DNA of 64,000 nucleotides from Takakia lepidozioides (lineage: Eukaryota; Plantae; Bryophyta). The first letter of the stretch is position 1, and every line of letters begins with the position of its first letter. Location of the stretch: positions 42,904,001 through 42,968,000 of the forward strand of contig CM060733.1 in NCBI GenBank assembly GCA_030704615.1, written 5' to 3'. A program made the position numbers and the translations under genes. This document shows positions 1-10,679 of the stretch, in pieces. The notes under the pieces are model-generated. The model was not told the origin of the DNA. It saw only the letters and a program-made list of their open reading frames with translations, and ran no database searches.

Positions 1-67
1 CCCTTAAACTGCAACAGGTGCCCACCCGTGTCACTATTAGATTAGTACTAGAGCCGTATAGTGTCAC

Positions 68-1616
68 GTGGAGGAGGTGCACATTGTGAGTGTCATTACG
101 GAGTTACCCAAGGGTTTTGAGGGGAGTACGGCTACAGGCAGTAACAGTGAGAGTGGGTTCACAAGACGAGGTATTCGGTTCAGACCACCTTCACCGCCAC
201 CCTTAATTACTGTAGAGTCAGACACAGACTCAGAGGCTTCATCAACAGGTGTGCACTTTCATTCGCCATTGTTGTGGGACGACATGGAGGAGATGTATGG
301 AGCTACCAAGGGGCCTTGTAGGTACTCTGGAGCTGTGGGCACAATCGAGTTGGATGACTTTATCCAGGAGTTCGACAGCTGGTGTGATTTGCAGCAGATG
401 CGCAATCCACAGCTATTCACCCCATTCATGGCGTGGAAAGGACTGTTCCAGCATTTGGAAGGCCCGCCTATGGACGATTACCACGAGTTCAGGCGAGGAC
501 ATGAAGCAGAGATTGAGGAGTGGAGGATGTATTGGTCACCTGACTACGTCTCCATTACTCGAGGCACGACGCGACCAGTAGCTGCATCAGTACCAATAGC
601 TCCCACTGCCAGCACTAGTAGTGGAGCAAGTAGTGCTGGTACTTCTGTAGGTGGTACCAGTTCAAAAGGTGCTACTACTCCTCCTGCCACTACTACAACA
701 CATGTGCCTAGATTCAACCCGGTGGTGGAGTTCTTCCAGGAGTTGTGGATGAACTACCAAGGTGTACGGACAGAGAAGCTGCGAAGTTTGCAAGACTTCC
801 AGTGCAAACCCAGTGAGAGCCTGCGAGAGGCGTACACTCCTATGAGGCGCTTGATAAGTGTGACCCAAGGGGTTACTGAAGCTCAGGCAATCCAGTTTTG
901 GTATGGAATTCTGGACAAGGAGCTCAAGAGAGGGTGCGAGATGCAACCTTGTTACAAGCAGCCCAACCCACATTAGCAGATGTGTTTCTGCTGGCTGAGC
1001 GGATTGAGCTCAACATGGTGGAGGAGCGAGTTGTCACCATTGGATTTGGCAAGGACATGCCTACACGAGGCGCAGCTGCCAGCCCACAGGCACAAGGTAC
1101 TGCCCAGCAGCGTGGTCAGGAGGGCAAGGTTTCCCAACCCAAGTTCCATGGAGCTTACAGGGGACCTCAGGTGCAGAGGCCCGTGGCATCTTTTGCAGGC
1201 CAACAGCAACCAGGGGTGATATGTTGGACATGTGGAGGACCCATGTCAAGAGAGATTGCCCAGAGAGTGTCAGAAGGCCGGCACAAGCACAGCATGCACA
1301 GTTGCAGTGTGGGCATTGTGGCAAGTATGGGCATGGAGATGCCCAGTGTTATGACTTGCATCCTGAGTTGCGCCCAGGGCAGTTCCAAGGGAACAATGGT
1401 GGCCGGGGGCGAGGTGGACCAGCCCAGAGAGGACGAGTTGGTCGGGCACGAGGTGCAGGCCAAGGGCAAGCTCAACATGGCCAAGGACGCGGAGGTCAGG
1501 GTGTTGATCAAGGCATGGCCAACCGGCTTCAGCAGCTAGAGCAGAGGCTCGCTGCCATGGCTATAGCTCAGGCGGTTACCGGCTCCCAGGCGGGATGGTC
1601 CACCTCCTGCTCCTGA
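68..1616 (+). pseudogene. gag with two zinc knuckles, split over three frames
   Basis: ORFs 68-976, 898-1539 and 1221-1616. Knuckles CWTCGGP/HVKRDC (across a frameshift near 1240) and CGHCGKYGHGDAQC, followed by an RG-rich tail. Confidence 0.8.
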
Positions 1617-2199
1617 GGGAGGAGATATGGGAGACATGGGATTTATGTGCGGAGCAGCACTACCACTAGAGCAGGTGGAGTCTGCTGCAGCCGTGACTCG
1701 AGGAGCAGCACGAGTTCCTGAACCACGAGGTGCAGAGGTGGAATTGGATCCACAGCGTGGGGAGGCAAGCCGTCAGGCGAGGCTTCCTCAGTCATTCACA
1801 TTGGCGGAGACTGTATCGACGCCATCCATGGCACCTAGTTCTCGCCCAACTGTTCCCGAGGCGGAGGTTACTATGCCATTGGGGAGAGCTACACATGCAA
1901 CATTGACTCCTGCTGCCAAGGCTAGTGCGGCCGGTGTGTTGTTGGGGGCAGCCACCTCTGTGTGTCAAGCCCCACTGTTCTCGGCAACCATGATTGCGAC
2001 GCCGGGAGTGAGACCAGCTGCAGTGTTCAGACTAGCGGCAATACTTTGTGAGAGTGGGGAGGTCACTTCATCTTCTGCGGGGTTAGTGGAAGGTGTAGTG
2101 GCAGAGGGATCCTCGGATTTGAGGGTCAAGACTGCCACGGCAGCGCCCTGGCAAGCTACAGCTGCCAGATTGACGAAGCTGCCAGCTAGACCAGCCTTT

Positions 2200-2640
2200 G
2201 AGCGCGCCACGGTGACACCTGGAGTTGTCTTGTTAGACAAACAGGGAGGCATTTTCACTTTGAGTGGACCGGCAGCAAGAGAGTACCGGCCACTGCGGGT
2301 CTTGTTGCACTCGGGAGCCCAGCCACTGATGTTGGGCAGAGCTGCTATTGCAGGTTTGGGCCTCATGGAGGCGGATATGGAGCCTTGTCCTTTCCAGATA
2401 CAGACATCTCTGGGAGGATCAGAGCAGGGCGCGGGGCATGAAACGGCATCAGTTGGCTATTAGACAGCAGCCGGATCATCCTGTAGATGGCTCAGTGATG
2501 CGAGCCAAAGCCATTGTGACAGACGCGGTCTCTTACGATGTCCTCGTTGGTGGAGCTGTGTTATACCCCATGGGCTTCACCCTGGACTTCTGGGAGGAGT
2601 TAGCATTCTACAGGCCTGGATGGCAGTCAGGGGATGGTCG
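2200..2640 (+). pseudogene. retropepsin-like aspartic protease domain
   Basis: RVLLHSGAQPL at ~2296-2328 (LLDSGA motif with catalytic D read as H, codon CAC at 2308) and YDVLVG at ~2534 after a frameshift. Confidence 0.7.
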
Positions 2641-3000
2641 CCGTGCACAGCTCCCTGTGACATTCATTGGGGGTATTGCAGCTGCCCAGCGGGGCAAGAT
2701 ACCAACACTAGCTGCCTTCACAGCTACAGTTAGCTGGCCTGGAGAGTTGCTGGAAGGCAATGCCCATGCAGAAGATGTGCCACCTCCAGCAGAGCAGGAT
2801 GACATACATGGTATGGCGGAGTTGCCTGCCATGGTTGCTCACAGCATGTGGGGTACGAGCAAGGATTGCAGCAAGGTTGCTGAGACGGGTTGGTGTAACA
2901 AGCCTGGGTAGAGGCTTTTGTACCGTCAGGAGAGGAGGAGAGTGCGGGTATTGCACCAGGACCACCTCAGTTGTCACCATTGGATACCACACCTATTGTG

Positions 3001-3990
3001 TGGCAGTATCCGAATGAAGGCATTTGCCTTCTGGACTTGTTTGGTGGGATCAGCACCGGATTGGCTGCTGTGCTACAGGCAGGTGTACGAGTTCGACGTT
3101 ACCTGTATGTGGAGAAGGATGAGACTACATGACTCGTCTCACTGCGCCATGTTGCTCGGATGCTGCAGCAGTACCCTGAGTTGTTGCCGGTGTCTGCAGT
3201 TCGTGGATATCAGCAGGCCTTGCCAGCAGACATTGCGTTGCTGGGGGCGCAGGATTTGGAGCGGGTTGGCTCCATTGATCTGGTAGTGGCAGGTTGGCCC
3301 TGCCAAGGGCATTCATCAGCCGGGCATGGCAATGGATTACTAGACTCGAGGACGGGTTTGTTTTGGGAGATGGTGCGGATTTTGCGCCACTTGCAGCTTC
3401 ATCAAGCTCCAACATACATCTTGGAGAATGTGCCGCTGATGGGTGATTCTCGGGCCAGGGTGATGGCCAGTGTGTATCAAGTCTGGTCATGGCTTGGGTC
3501 AGCAGTGTTGCTGGATGCAGCTGCAGTGGGGTCACGGGCTCATCGTCCACGACTATGGTGGACTAACTTGATGCCACCCGCACTGCTCAAGCGTGCACTT
3601 GATGGGGGTGCAACGGCCAGCACACCTCACCGTGGATGGCATTTTGGACACAGGAAGGCAGTCTCAACGTGTGAGACACGATGACCGTTCGCCTTTGGCA
3701 GTGGTCAACAGGGTGGGTCAACCACGAGCAGCATTATCTACCCTGCTCAGCTTCCCAGGATCCCATGCTTTTCGGGATGGTGGACCTGGCCTCCTGTGGG
3801 ATGCTCAGTTACAGCAGTTAGTGGAGCCTAATGCCGACGAGCGAGAGCGGGCTATGGGGTTTTCCACTGGGACCACGGCGGTGCCTTCTCTTTCTGAGGC
3901 ATCACGTCGTCAGGTGTTGGGGCAAGCAATGGATCTCAATTGCTTGACCTGGATTGTCAGCTTGGCTATGGCTGAGCAACGTAGAGTGCG
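3001..3990 (+). pseudogene. DNMT3-like DNA (cytosine-5) methyltransferase domain embedded in the Gypsy pol
   Basis: Motif I LDLFGGISTG (3031-3060), II YVEKD, IV GWPCQG (PC at 3298-3303), VI ILENV (ENV 3424-3432), VIII AHRPRLWWTNL (~3538-3570), IX/X ERERAMGF...RRQVLGQAMD (~3838-3935). Interrupted by TGA at 3130 and a frameshift in a G-run near 3605. Confidence 0.9.
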
Positions 3991-4421
3991 GAGTGCACTT
4001 CCCTTGACGGTCTCTCTGCCTACCGAGACGGTACAGGCAGCGAGTGGGGGCGAGCCGGTGAGGACCACGGGGTGTAGACATCCATGGCACACGTGGGAGG
4101 TGCTCGAGGTTCAGAGGGAGTTGGCAGCCAAGGCAGCTGTGATGGATGAGGTTGGGGATTCTTCTCGGGTTGAGGAGGTTCTCAATGATGAGATGATGGG
4201 GCACGATGAGCCTTGTCATTGACTGAGCAGGAAGGGGGTACTGCTCAAGAGGTTGCAGCATAGCAACCACGGGACGCGTCCTCTACCTCTAAGCCCACTG
4301 GACTTAAGGTTGCAGTTACGGAGGACAATTGGGAGCCTGACATTGGACCCATTGTCACGGAGGAGAGAGACGACGTATACGGCGGTTCCTGAGGGCTTAC
4401 AGGAATTGCTTTGCCTTCAAT

Positions 4422-5270
4422 TTGAAGGACTTGGGAGCACTGAAGGGTCAAGAGATCCGTATTGAGTTGGCCACTGACACGCCAATCTTTCGGAGACCCT
4501 ATAGATACAGTGACATGGAGAGGTCTTTGATTCAGATGAGGACTCAAGATCTCTGGGAGGCAGGTTTGGTGGAGCTCTCTGGTGGAGAGTATGCTTCAGC
4601 CACAGTGATGTCAGCTAAGAAGGATGTCTATGGCAATTGGACGGAGAGACGTATGTGCGGTGATTACCAGCCTGTAAATTGTCAGACCAAGTCCGATAGG
4701 TATGCCATGCCAACACCAGAGGAGATCTTTGATGCCATTGGGCATTCCAAGGTCTTTAGCACGTTGGATTTACGATCCGGATATCACCAGTTGCCGATCA
4801 AGGAGGCGGATAAGCAAAAGACGGCATTCTGGGGGATCAATGAGCACGGGAAGGATTGCCTATACCAGTGGCGGTTCTTACCATTTGGGCTTAAAAACGC
4901 TCCCGCTGAGTTTCAAAGAGTCATGGACAGGATTCTAGCAGGGGTGGAGTTTGCTCGGTGCTACATAGATGACATCATCATCTTTAGTGCTACGGTGGAG
5001 GAGCATGAGAGACACCTTCAGGGGGTATTTGAGCGCTTAAGGACGCACGGATTGAAGTTACATCCGGGCAAGTGCAAGTTTTTCCACAACCATATTGAGT
5101 ATCTGGGTCACATGATATATCCTGGAGGATTGGGGGTACAGCAGACTAAGGTAGAGTCCATTGCACAGGTTCCACGCCCCACGGATGTGAGCCAAGTTCG
5201 AGCTTTCATGGGGTTAGCAAACATTATAGACGGTTTGTTAAGGGATTTAGTGCCATTGCAAAGGCTCTAA
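4422..5270 (+). CDS. Gypsy reverse transcriptase
   Basis: RMCGDY, LDLRSGYHQ, KTAF, LPFGLKNAP, YIDD (4962-4973), KCKF, YLGH. Confidence 0.95.
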   Translation: MKDLGALKGQEIRIELATDTPIFRRPYRYSDMERSLIQMRTQDLWEAGLVELSGGEYASATVMSAKKDVYGNWTERRMCGDYQPVNCQTKSDRYAMPTPEEIFDAIGHSKVFSTLDLRSGYHQLPIKEADKQKTAFWGINEHGKDCLYQWRFLPFGLKNAPAEFQRVMDRILAGVEFARCYIDDIIIFSATVEEHERHLQGVFERLRTHGLKLHPGKCKFFHNHIEYLGHMIYPGGLGVQQTKVESIAQVPRPTDVSQVRAFMGLANIIDGLLRDLVPLQRL

Positions 5271-5389
5271 CCAAGCTGACCAAGGTGGACCAGGTGTGGC
5301 AGTGGGAAGATGAGCAAGAACAAGCTTTTCAAGAGCTCAAGGCGAGGTTGACCTCGGCGCCCATCTTGAGACGACCTATCAGGGGGCGT

Positions 5390-5760
5390 CCTTTAGCTGC
5401 ATACAGATTGGAGCATGCTGGGGCTTGGAGCGGTGCTCACACAGGTGGATGATGAGGGGAGAGAGTTCGTAGTGGCTTATGCTAGCCGCTCGAACAATGC
5501 TGCAGAGTCTAAGTATAGCTCATATGAGGGAGAATGCTTAGCTGCAGTGTGGGCCGTGGCACACTTTAGGTGCTATCTATACGGCAATCTCTTCACCCTT
5601 GTCACGGGTCACCAACCACTCAAGTGGTTGATGGAGTCAGACAAGCTTACGGGGAAGCTTGCACGGTGGGCACTCATCCTTCAAGAGTATGACTTTCAGG
5701 TGGTGCATCGACCGGGTTTGGTCAATCGCAATGCAGATGGGTTGAGTCGCAATCCATGCA
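5390..5760 (+). CDS. Gypsy RNase H domain
   Basis: TDWSMLGLGAVLTQ...VVAYASR...YSSYEGECLA...HQPLKW...RWAL.LQEYDF...ADGLSR. Confidence 0.9.
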
Positions 5761-5959
5761 CGAGCCAACAGGATGACACTGGAGCTCGGTGGCATGGTGA
5801 GACGGACGAGGAGATGGTGCCCGGATGGCATGCATCTGCATTTCTGTGTATCTTGGCAGCGGAAGGCCAGGTTGGACCTGCAACTGGAATGACTGTAGAT
5901 CAAGTGTCTGGGACCCTGAGGCCAGCAATGAGCAAGGTGGCGCCAAAGATATACATGAG

Positions 5960-7072
5960 GATTCAGTTGTGTTGGACTACCTTCGCACTGGAGACACGGT
6001 AGCCACTGTGACTGCCAAGGAGAGGGATCGGATCCTACAACGAGCCAAGAGGTTCAGGTGGGAGGGGACACACCTGCTCCGAGTGTGGGAGGATGGTCGA
6101 GTGAGGATTGTGCCTCACCCAACACAGCGGGCACGGTTAGTGCGGCATGCCCATGAGGAGTTGGGGCATTTTGGGGTGCGACGCACTCATAGTCTACTGC
6201 AGGGGCAGTATTGGCGGCGTGGTATGCACACAGAGGTGCAACAATTTGTGGCTAGGTGCATGGTGTGTGACAGGGTGCGTGCTTCATTCAACGCCCCTAC
6301 TCCACAATTGCACCCTCTTCCGATCATGGGATTGGGCTACAGGTGGAGTCTTGACTTCGCAGGGCCGTTGCCACTGACCATGCGCCACAACAAGTACGTG
6401 TTGGTGATGGTGGAGCACTTCTCCAAGTGGATTGAATTGGTTCCATTGCCTGATAAGGCTAGTGAGGGAGCTGCGTATGCATTCCTGGATTGTGTGCTTA
6501 GCCGATTCGGTGCTCCAGCTGAGGTACTCACGGACCAAGGGAGAGAGTTCTTGGGGGAGTTTCAGGCTTTGTGTGACAAGGCCTTGATAGACCACCGCAC
6601 CACTTCTCGGGATCATCCTGAGGCCGATGGCTTGGCAGAGAGAGTTGTTCAGACAGTAAAGAGGGGTTTGCGCAAGTATGGCTTGCAGAAGGGACACCTA
6701 GGAGATTGGGACCTTCAGTTACCCTGGTTAGCCATGGGCTACAGGTTCAGCAAGCAAGCATCACTTGCCTCCTTCTCACCATACTTTCTTCTCTTTGGCC
6801 GAGAGCCGGATTTGCCTACATCCATTCGCAGAGAAGCTGCTACAGTTCTTAACCTTGACGATCCGGACGTGTGGGCACGTGCATGTGAGCAGCGTGCAGA
6901 GTTGTTCAAGAGAGTCATGCCCATGGCTTTCGAGAACCTTGCCATTGCACAACACCGTGATACGTTGAGGTATGCTACCATACGTGGTGGGGCTATCGTC
7001 CTGGGGTTCGGAGATTCAACCCTGGTGACTATGTCTATCTGCAGCAGACTGCTCCTACGACCCTGGATGTGA
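5960..7072 (+). CDS. integrase (HHCC zinc finger plus DDE core)
   Basis: HEELGH...CMVC; WSLDFAGP, LTDQGREF, GLAERVVQTVK. Confidence 0.93.
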   Translation, partial: DSVVLDYLRTGDTVATVTAKERDRILQRAKRFRWEGTHLLRVWEDGRVRIVPHPTQRARLVRHAHEELGHFGVRRTHSLLQGQYWRRGMHTEVQQFVARCMVCDRVRASFNAPTPQLHPLPIMGLGYRWSLDFAGPLPLTMRHNKYVLVMVEHFSKWIELVPLPDKASEGAAYAFLDCVLSRFGAPAEVLTDQGREFLGEFQALCDKALIDHRTTSRDHPEADGLAERVVQTVKRGLRKYGLQKGHLGDWDLQLPWLAMGYRFSKQASLASFSPYFLLFGREPDLPTSIRREAATVLNLDDPDVWARACEQRAELFKRVMPMAFENLAIAQHRDTLRYATIRGGAIVLGFGDSTLVTMSICSRLLLRPWM

Positions 7073-7392
7073 CTGCAGGACGTGTTATTTTGAGGGTTCG
7101 AGAGGTCTTGCCCTCAGGCGTCTTGGTCTTGGAGGGTCGGGATGGCATAATTTGGAAGGACCATGTGCGTAATTGTGCGCTATGTCACCTTCCGAATGTC
7201 GATGGCAGGATTGACCCAAACCTGGCAGTGGTATCTGCAGGTTTGAGGTGCATGTTGTGTGGGTCTGCTAAAGGGGCAGCCACCATGCTGGTGTGTGATC
7301 GATGCTCTAGAGGTTGGCATATGGGATGCTTGACTCCACCTCTTGAGATGGTTCCGGATGGGGATTGGTTATGTCCACAATGCATTGGATAG
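7069..7392 (+). CDS. integrase C-terminal extension ending in a PHD finger
   Basis: CMLC-x11-CDRC-x4-HMGC-x14-CPQC is a C4HC3 PHD with LTPPL...P.GDW. The same frame extends upstream as GYRPGVRRFNPGDYVYL to a frameshift near 6990. Confidence 0.9.
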   Translation: MTAGRVILRVREVLPSGVLVLEGRDGIIWKDHVRNCALCHLPNVDGRIDPNLAVVSAGLRCMLCGSAKGAATMLVCDRCSRGWHMGCLTPPLEMVPDGDWLCPQCIG

Positions 7393-7650
7393 TGGGAGTG
7401 GATACAACCATGGAAGGCTAACAAGCAACGCAAGGCCCAGCTACAGGAGACCTTGAATACACGAAGTCCTGGCTCAAGTTCACAGATTGCAAGACGGCGA
7501 CTAACGATGGGCTACTCTTGTACCCGGCCTCTTGGTCTATAGAGTTTGAATACGATAGGGACAGTGATAGAGGACTTAGTACGGCTATGGCTATTACGTC
7601 TTGTAGCTATCTGGAGGTGGAGGGACCTATCCACCAGCTAGGGGGGCGAT

Positions 7651-7735
7651 TGTGGTAGACTACTTTATTGTGCATATATGTGTGGTGTGGTTTGGACAAC
7701 GATGTAGTTGTGTAGCGATATGTATGCGCACGACA
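7651..7735 (+). repeat. 85-bp TG...CA unit after the PPT (3' LTR, or the start of it)
   Basis: Begins TGTGGT and ends ACGACA (imperfect terminal inverted repeat). Near-identical copy at 8095-8179. Confidence 0.7.
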
Positions 7736-7737
7736 GC

Positions 7738-8093
7738 TGTCAAGTTAAATAAGCACAGTGTGAAAACAGCTAGCATAAAACTAGTTATTTGTATTTAACA
7801 CTTGGATTTAGGTCAAGTGTTAAATCAGGTGTCAAGTTTAGTTTGACACCTGGTCCGTCTTATCTTCACGAGAGCGGCAGTCGCGCAGCTCATCTCTCTC
7901 GAGTTGAGCCTGCGCGACCGAGCTCCTGCATCGTTTAGGTTTGAGTGTGCTTATGTAGGGGTACATGTTGTTGTGGGGTGGAGTCCCCATAGCTTGGGGT
8001 GCTCCTGGCTCGACTTCTGTTTCAATGAGTGATAGCGATGGATTTCATATTTCTTGTGTTGGGAGTGTGTGTCCTTTTTAGCTTTGTTTATCA
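7738..8093 (+). repeat. 356-bp hairpin-rich repeat, copy 1
   Basis: Near-identical reverse complement of 16452-16807. Confidence 0.9.
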
Positions 8094-8094
8094 T

Positions 8095-8179
8095 TGTGGT
8101 AGACTACTTTATTGTGCATATATGTGTGGTGTGGTTTGGACAGCGATGTAGTTGTGTAGCGATATGTATGCGCACGACA
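8095..8179 (+). repeat. second copy of the 85-bp unit
   Basis: Direct repeat of 7651-7735 with one visible mismatch (acaacg vs acagcg). Confidence 0.85.
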
Positions 8180-8312
8180 ATAGCATGGGCGACGACGATG
8201 AGGTGGAGGACAGTTCGGCGGAAATTGCACCTCCATCTGCAGAGTCTCTCCAAAAGGTGCGCAAACGGCACAAACCCACTGCGTATGAGGTGAGTTCTAC
8301 CCCTACTTCTGT

Positions 8313-9490
8313 TCATGTTCTATGGGCGTTGAATTCTCCTGAAACTGAAACTGGGATGCACATATCCATAAAGTTGTTCAATCGGATCTCGTAGTATAGA
8401 GGGCAGTAGAAGAAGAAGTGTTCTTCAGTTTCAATTTCCTTGCTGCGCCCTATGCAAGCTGGACATAGGCGGTCCTCCCGTTGCAGGTTTTCCCATCTGC
8501 CAGTCTCTATCCGTAGGTTGTGGGAACCCACCCTGAACTGCCCCAATGCCCTCAGGAGGGAAGGAGCTAAGGGTGCTGAAAGGTAATTTGGTCTCAAGAT
8601 TCTATCATCGCGGAGCACCAAGAATGTCTCTCGATAGAAGTGGAGCTTTGTTGTGAGATTGGGTAGCATCCAAGTTCTCTTCACATGTAATTCCATAAGC
8701 TCTCTCCGAATGAGTCTGTTGCGGTCATGTGTGGATGTGATGTCCACCTCATCTGGGTTCATTGGTAATAGGAAAGTAGTAGAAAGTCCGTTACGTTGAA
8801 ATAAACTGTCCACTCGAGCATACCAGGAGTTCCCGAAACCTGCAGCTTTGAGCCTCATAGATGTTGTGAGGGCCCTTGCCACTAGCCCTTTGGGTGAAGG
8901 GCCTACAATCTATTCCTCACAGATTGTAAGCCTGAACTGTGCCTCGGATTGCAATGGTACACATGCGAACTCTGCACCTAGGATCTGAGAGGGAGTTGTG
9001 CTCCTGGCGCCAAGCATTGCTTGGAGAAAAGATGACTGTAACGGTTCCAAAATCTTTTCCCACCAAGAGACAGGGACACCAGGTGCCCAGAACTCACAAC
9101 CATAGATGGTAGCAGGGCTGACGACGGTGTCAAACAGACACTTTTTGGTCGGGGGATGCCGCATATGTATTTGCTTGCATTTGGCGTGAAGGCGGACGGA
9201 GGCCGCCTTACCTTTAGTCAATCTGTCCAAGGCAGTGGTTGCAAAGTGAAACTTGGGGGAGTGGATAACCAGACCTAGGTACCGGTATGATTTGACAATC
9301 TCAATTTCTTGCTGGTTGAAGATGAATCTACGATCAGCCTGGCCATTGAAGACCATGATCTTGGTCTTGCTAAGATTGACTTGCATCCCAAAGTCTTTGC
9401 AGAACTGTTCCAAAATTTAGAGATGGCGTTGCAGAAAGACCGGGGATTGTGCCAAAAGGGCAACATCATCAGCGTAGAGGAGATGTGATT
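8313..9490 (-). mobile_element. 5'-truncated non-LTR retrotransposon, family B (RT C-terminus plus CCHC finger)
   Basis: LLYADDVA (~9458-9482), KTKIMVF, YRYLG, HNLRIETGRW...CPAC...ETEEHFFFYC. Confidence 0.85.
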
Positions 9491-9499
9491 GAAGTTAGG

Positions 9500-10640
9500 C
9501 AGAAATGTGCAGTGGTAGCAATCAACGACAGAGGAGAGGGAGGAAGTGATCTTAAGTGGCAATGGGGTAGCCAAGAGATCCCGTCCTCCCTTCCTACACT
9601 TACCTAGGCGTTGAGTTTTCCTCCAATTGTAATTGGGATGCACATATACGGAAAATTGTTCAAACTGGCAAGGGCAAAGCTCTGGGGCTCACTAAATTTT
9701 TCCACTGCAGAGGGGTCATCTCTGAGGTTAAGAAAACCATGCTTTGTTGCGTTATTAGACCTGCCTTGGAGTACGGATCTGCTATATGGGTTGATAACTC
9801 CAACCAGGCTAAGTCTCTAGAATCCATTCAAGTGGGGGTGCTTAAGGAGTATATGTCAGCATGGAGAAAACAGCCAATGTGGCTGTTCGGGGGTGAGTTT
9901 GGCATCCCATCCTTAAGCTCCTGACGAGATGAATTCAAGGTCAGATGGTGGGGTCAGCTGCAACATATGCCCAACACCAGATATCCTAAGTTGATCAACT
10001 CTAAATCTTGGAAACAGGACCGCCCTGTCAAACAGACTAAGTCCTGGCAGAAGAGAGTAGAAAATATTCTCAAGGACCTGGACCTGGATCCGCAAGTCTT
10101 GACCCTGCTGGATAAATCTGCCTTACAGGCTGTAGTGTCTGAAGCCATGTCTGTTGCCATGAGATTGTCTGATAAAAATGAAGTTAGGCAGAGAACTTCC
10201 CTGAACTTGTTTCCAGTCAGTGACATGGGGGTGGACATCTTGGATGACCTGAAGGGTCCACCCACTCTCGGCACTAGACTGAAATTTAAACTCAGGGCAG
10301 GAAGCCTACCTTTGAACAGCAAACAAAAGCAGATCGGAAAGGGAGAGTGCAATTGTCCGTTGTGTGGGCAATCTGAGGACAGTATTCATTTTCTGATGCG
10401 CTGTCGGGGTCTCTCACCAAAGAGACGCTCTCTTCAATTCTATCAAGGGAATTGTGCCTGTACCCCTGTTTACCAACTTTGAAAGACTCGAGGCTAAGCC
10501 AAAAGCCCAGGCCCTCCTGAGGCCTAGTTTTTGGGCAAATCACACACAGCAGATTGATGCTTGTGTGAAGGGATTTCTAGAGGATATCTGGAAAACCCGG
10601 ATCAATGCTTTATATGAAGGTAAGTCTTACTACCAACGTC
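9500..10640 (+). mobile_element. 5'-truncated LINE, family A
   Basis: High identity to the reverse complement of ~59650-60920; CPLCGQSEDSIHFL finger. Confidence 0.9.
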
Positions 10641-10679
10641 ATAGGGTCATTGTCTGACTCACTGCCCGGGGTGCTATCA

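Larger units (their letters stand above)
1..7735 (+). mobile_element. Ty3/Gypsy LTR retrotransposon (gag-PR-DNMT-RT-RH-IN-PHD), frameshifted; 5' LTR lies outside the window
   Basis: Domain order PR-RT-RNaseH-IN is Gypsy-type. Polypurine tract AGGGGGGCGA (7640-7649) is followed by TGTGGTAG at 7651. Confidence 0.93.

Noticed and set aside
3001-3990. Host DNMT3/DRM gene or bacterial restriction-modification methylase
   Set aside because: It is intronless, collinear within pol between protease and RT, has non-permuted motif order (unlike DRM), and has no restriction partner.
662-7433. Antisense and alternate-frame ORFs over the Gypsy element (likewise over CACTA, CCR4 and the LINEs)
   Set aside because: Shadow ORFs of real coding frames, with no independent motifs.
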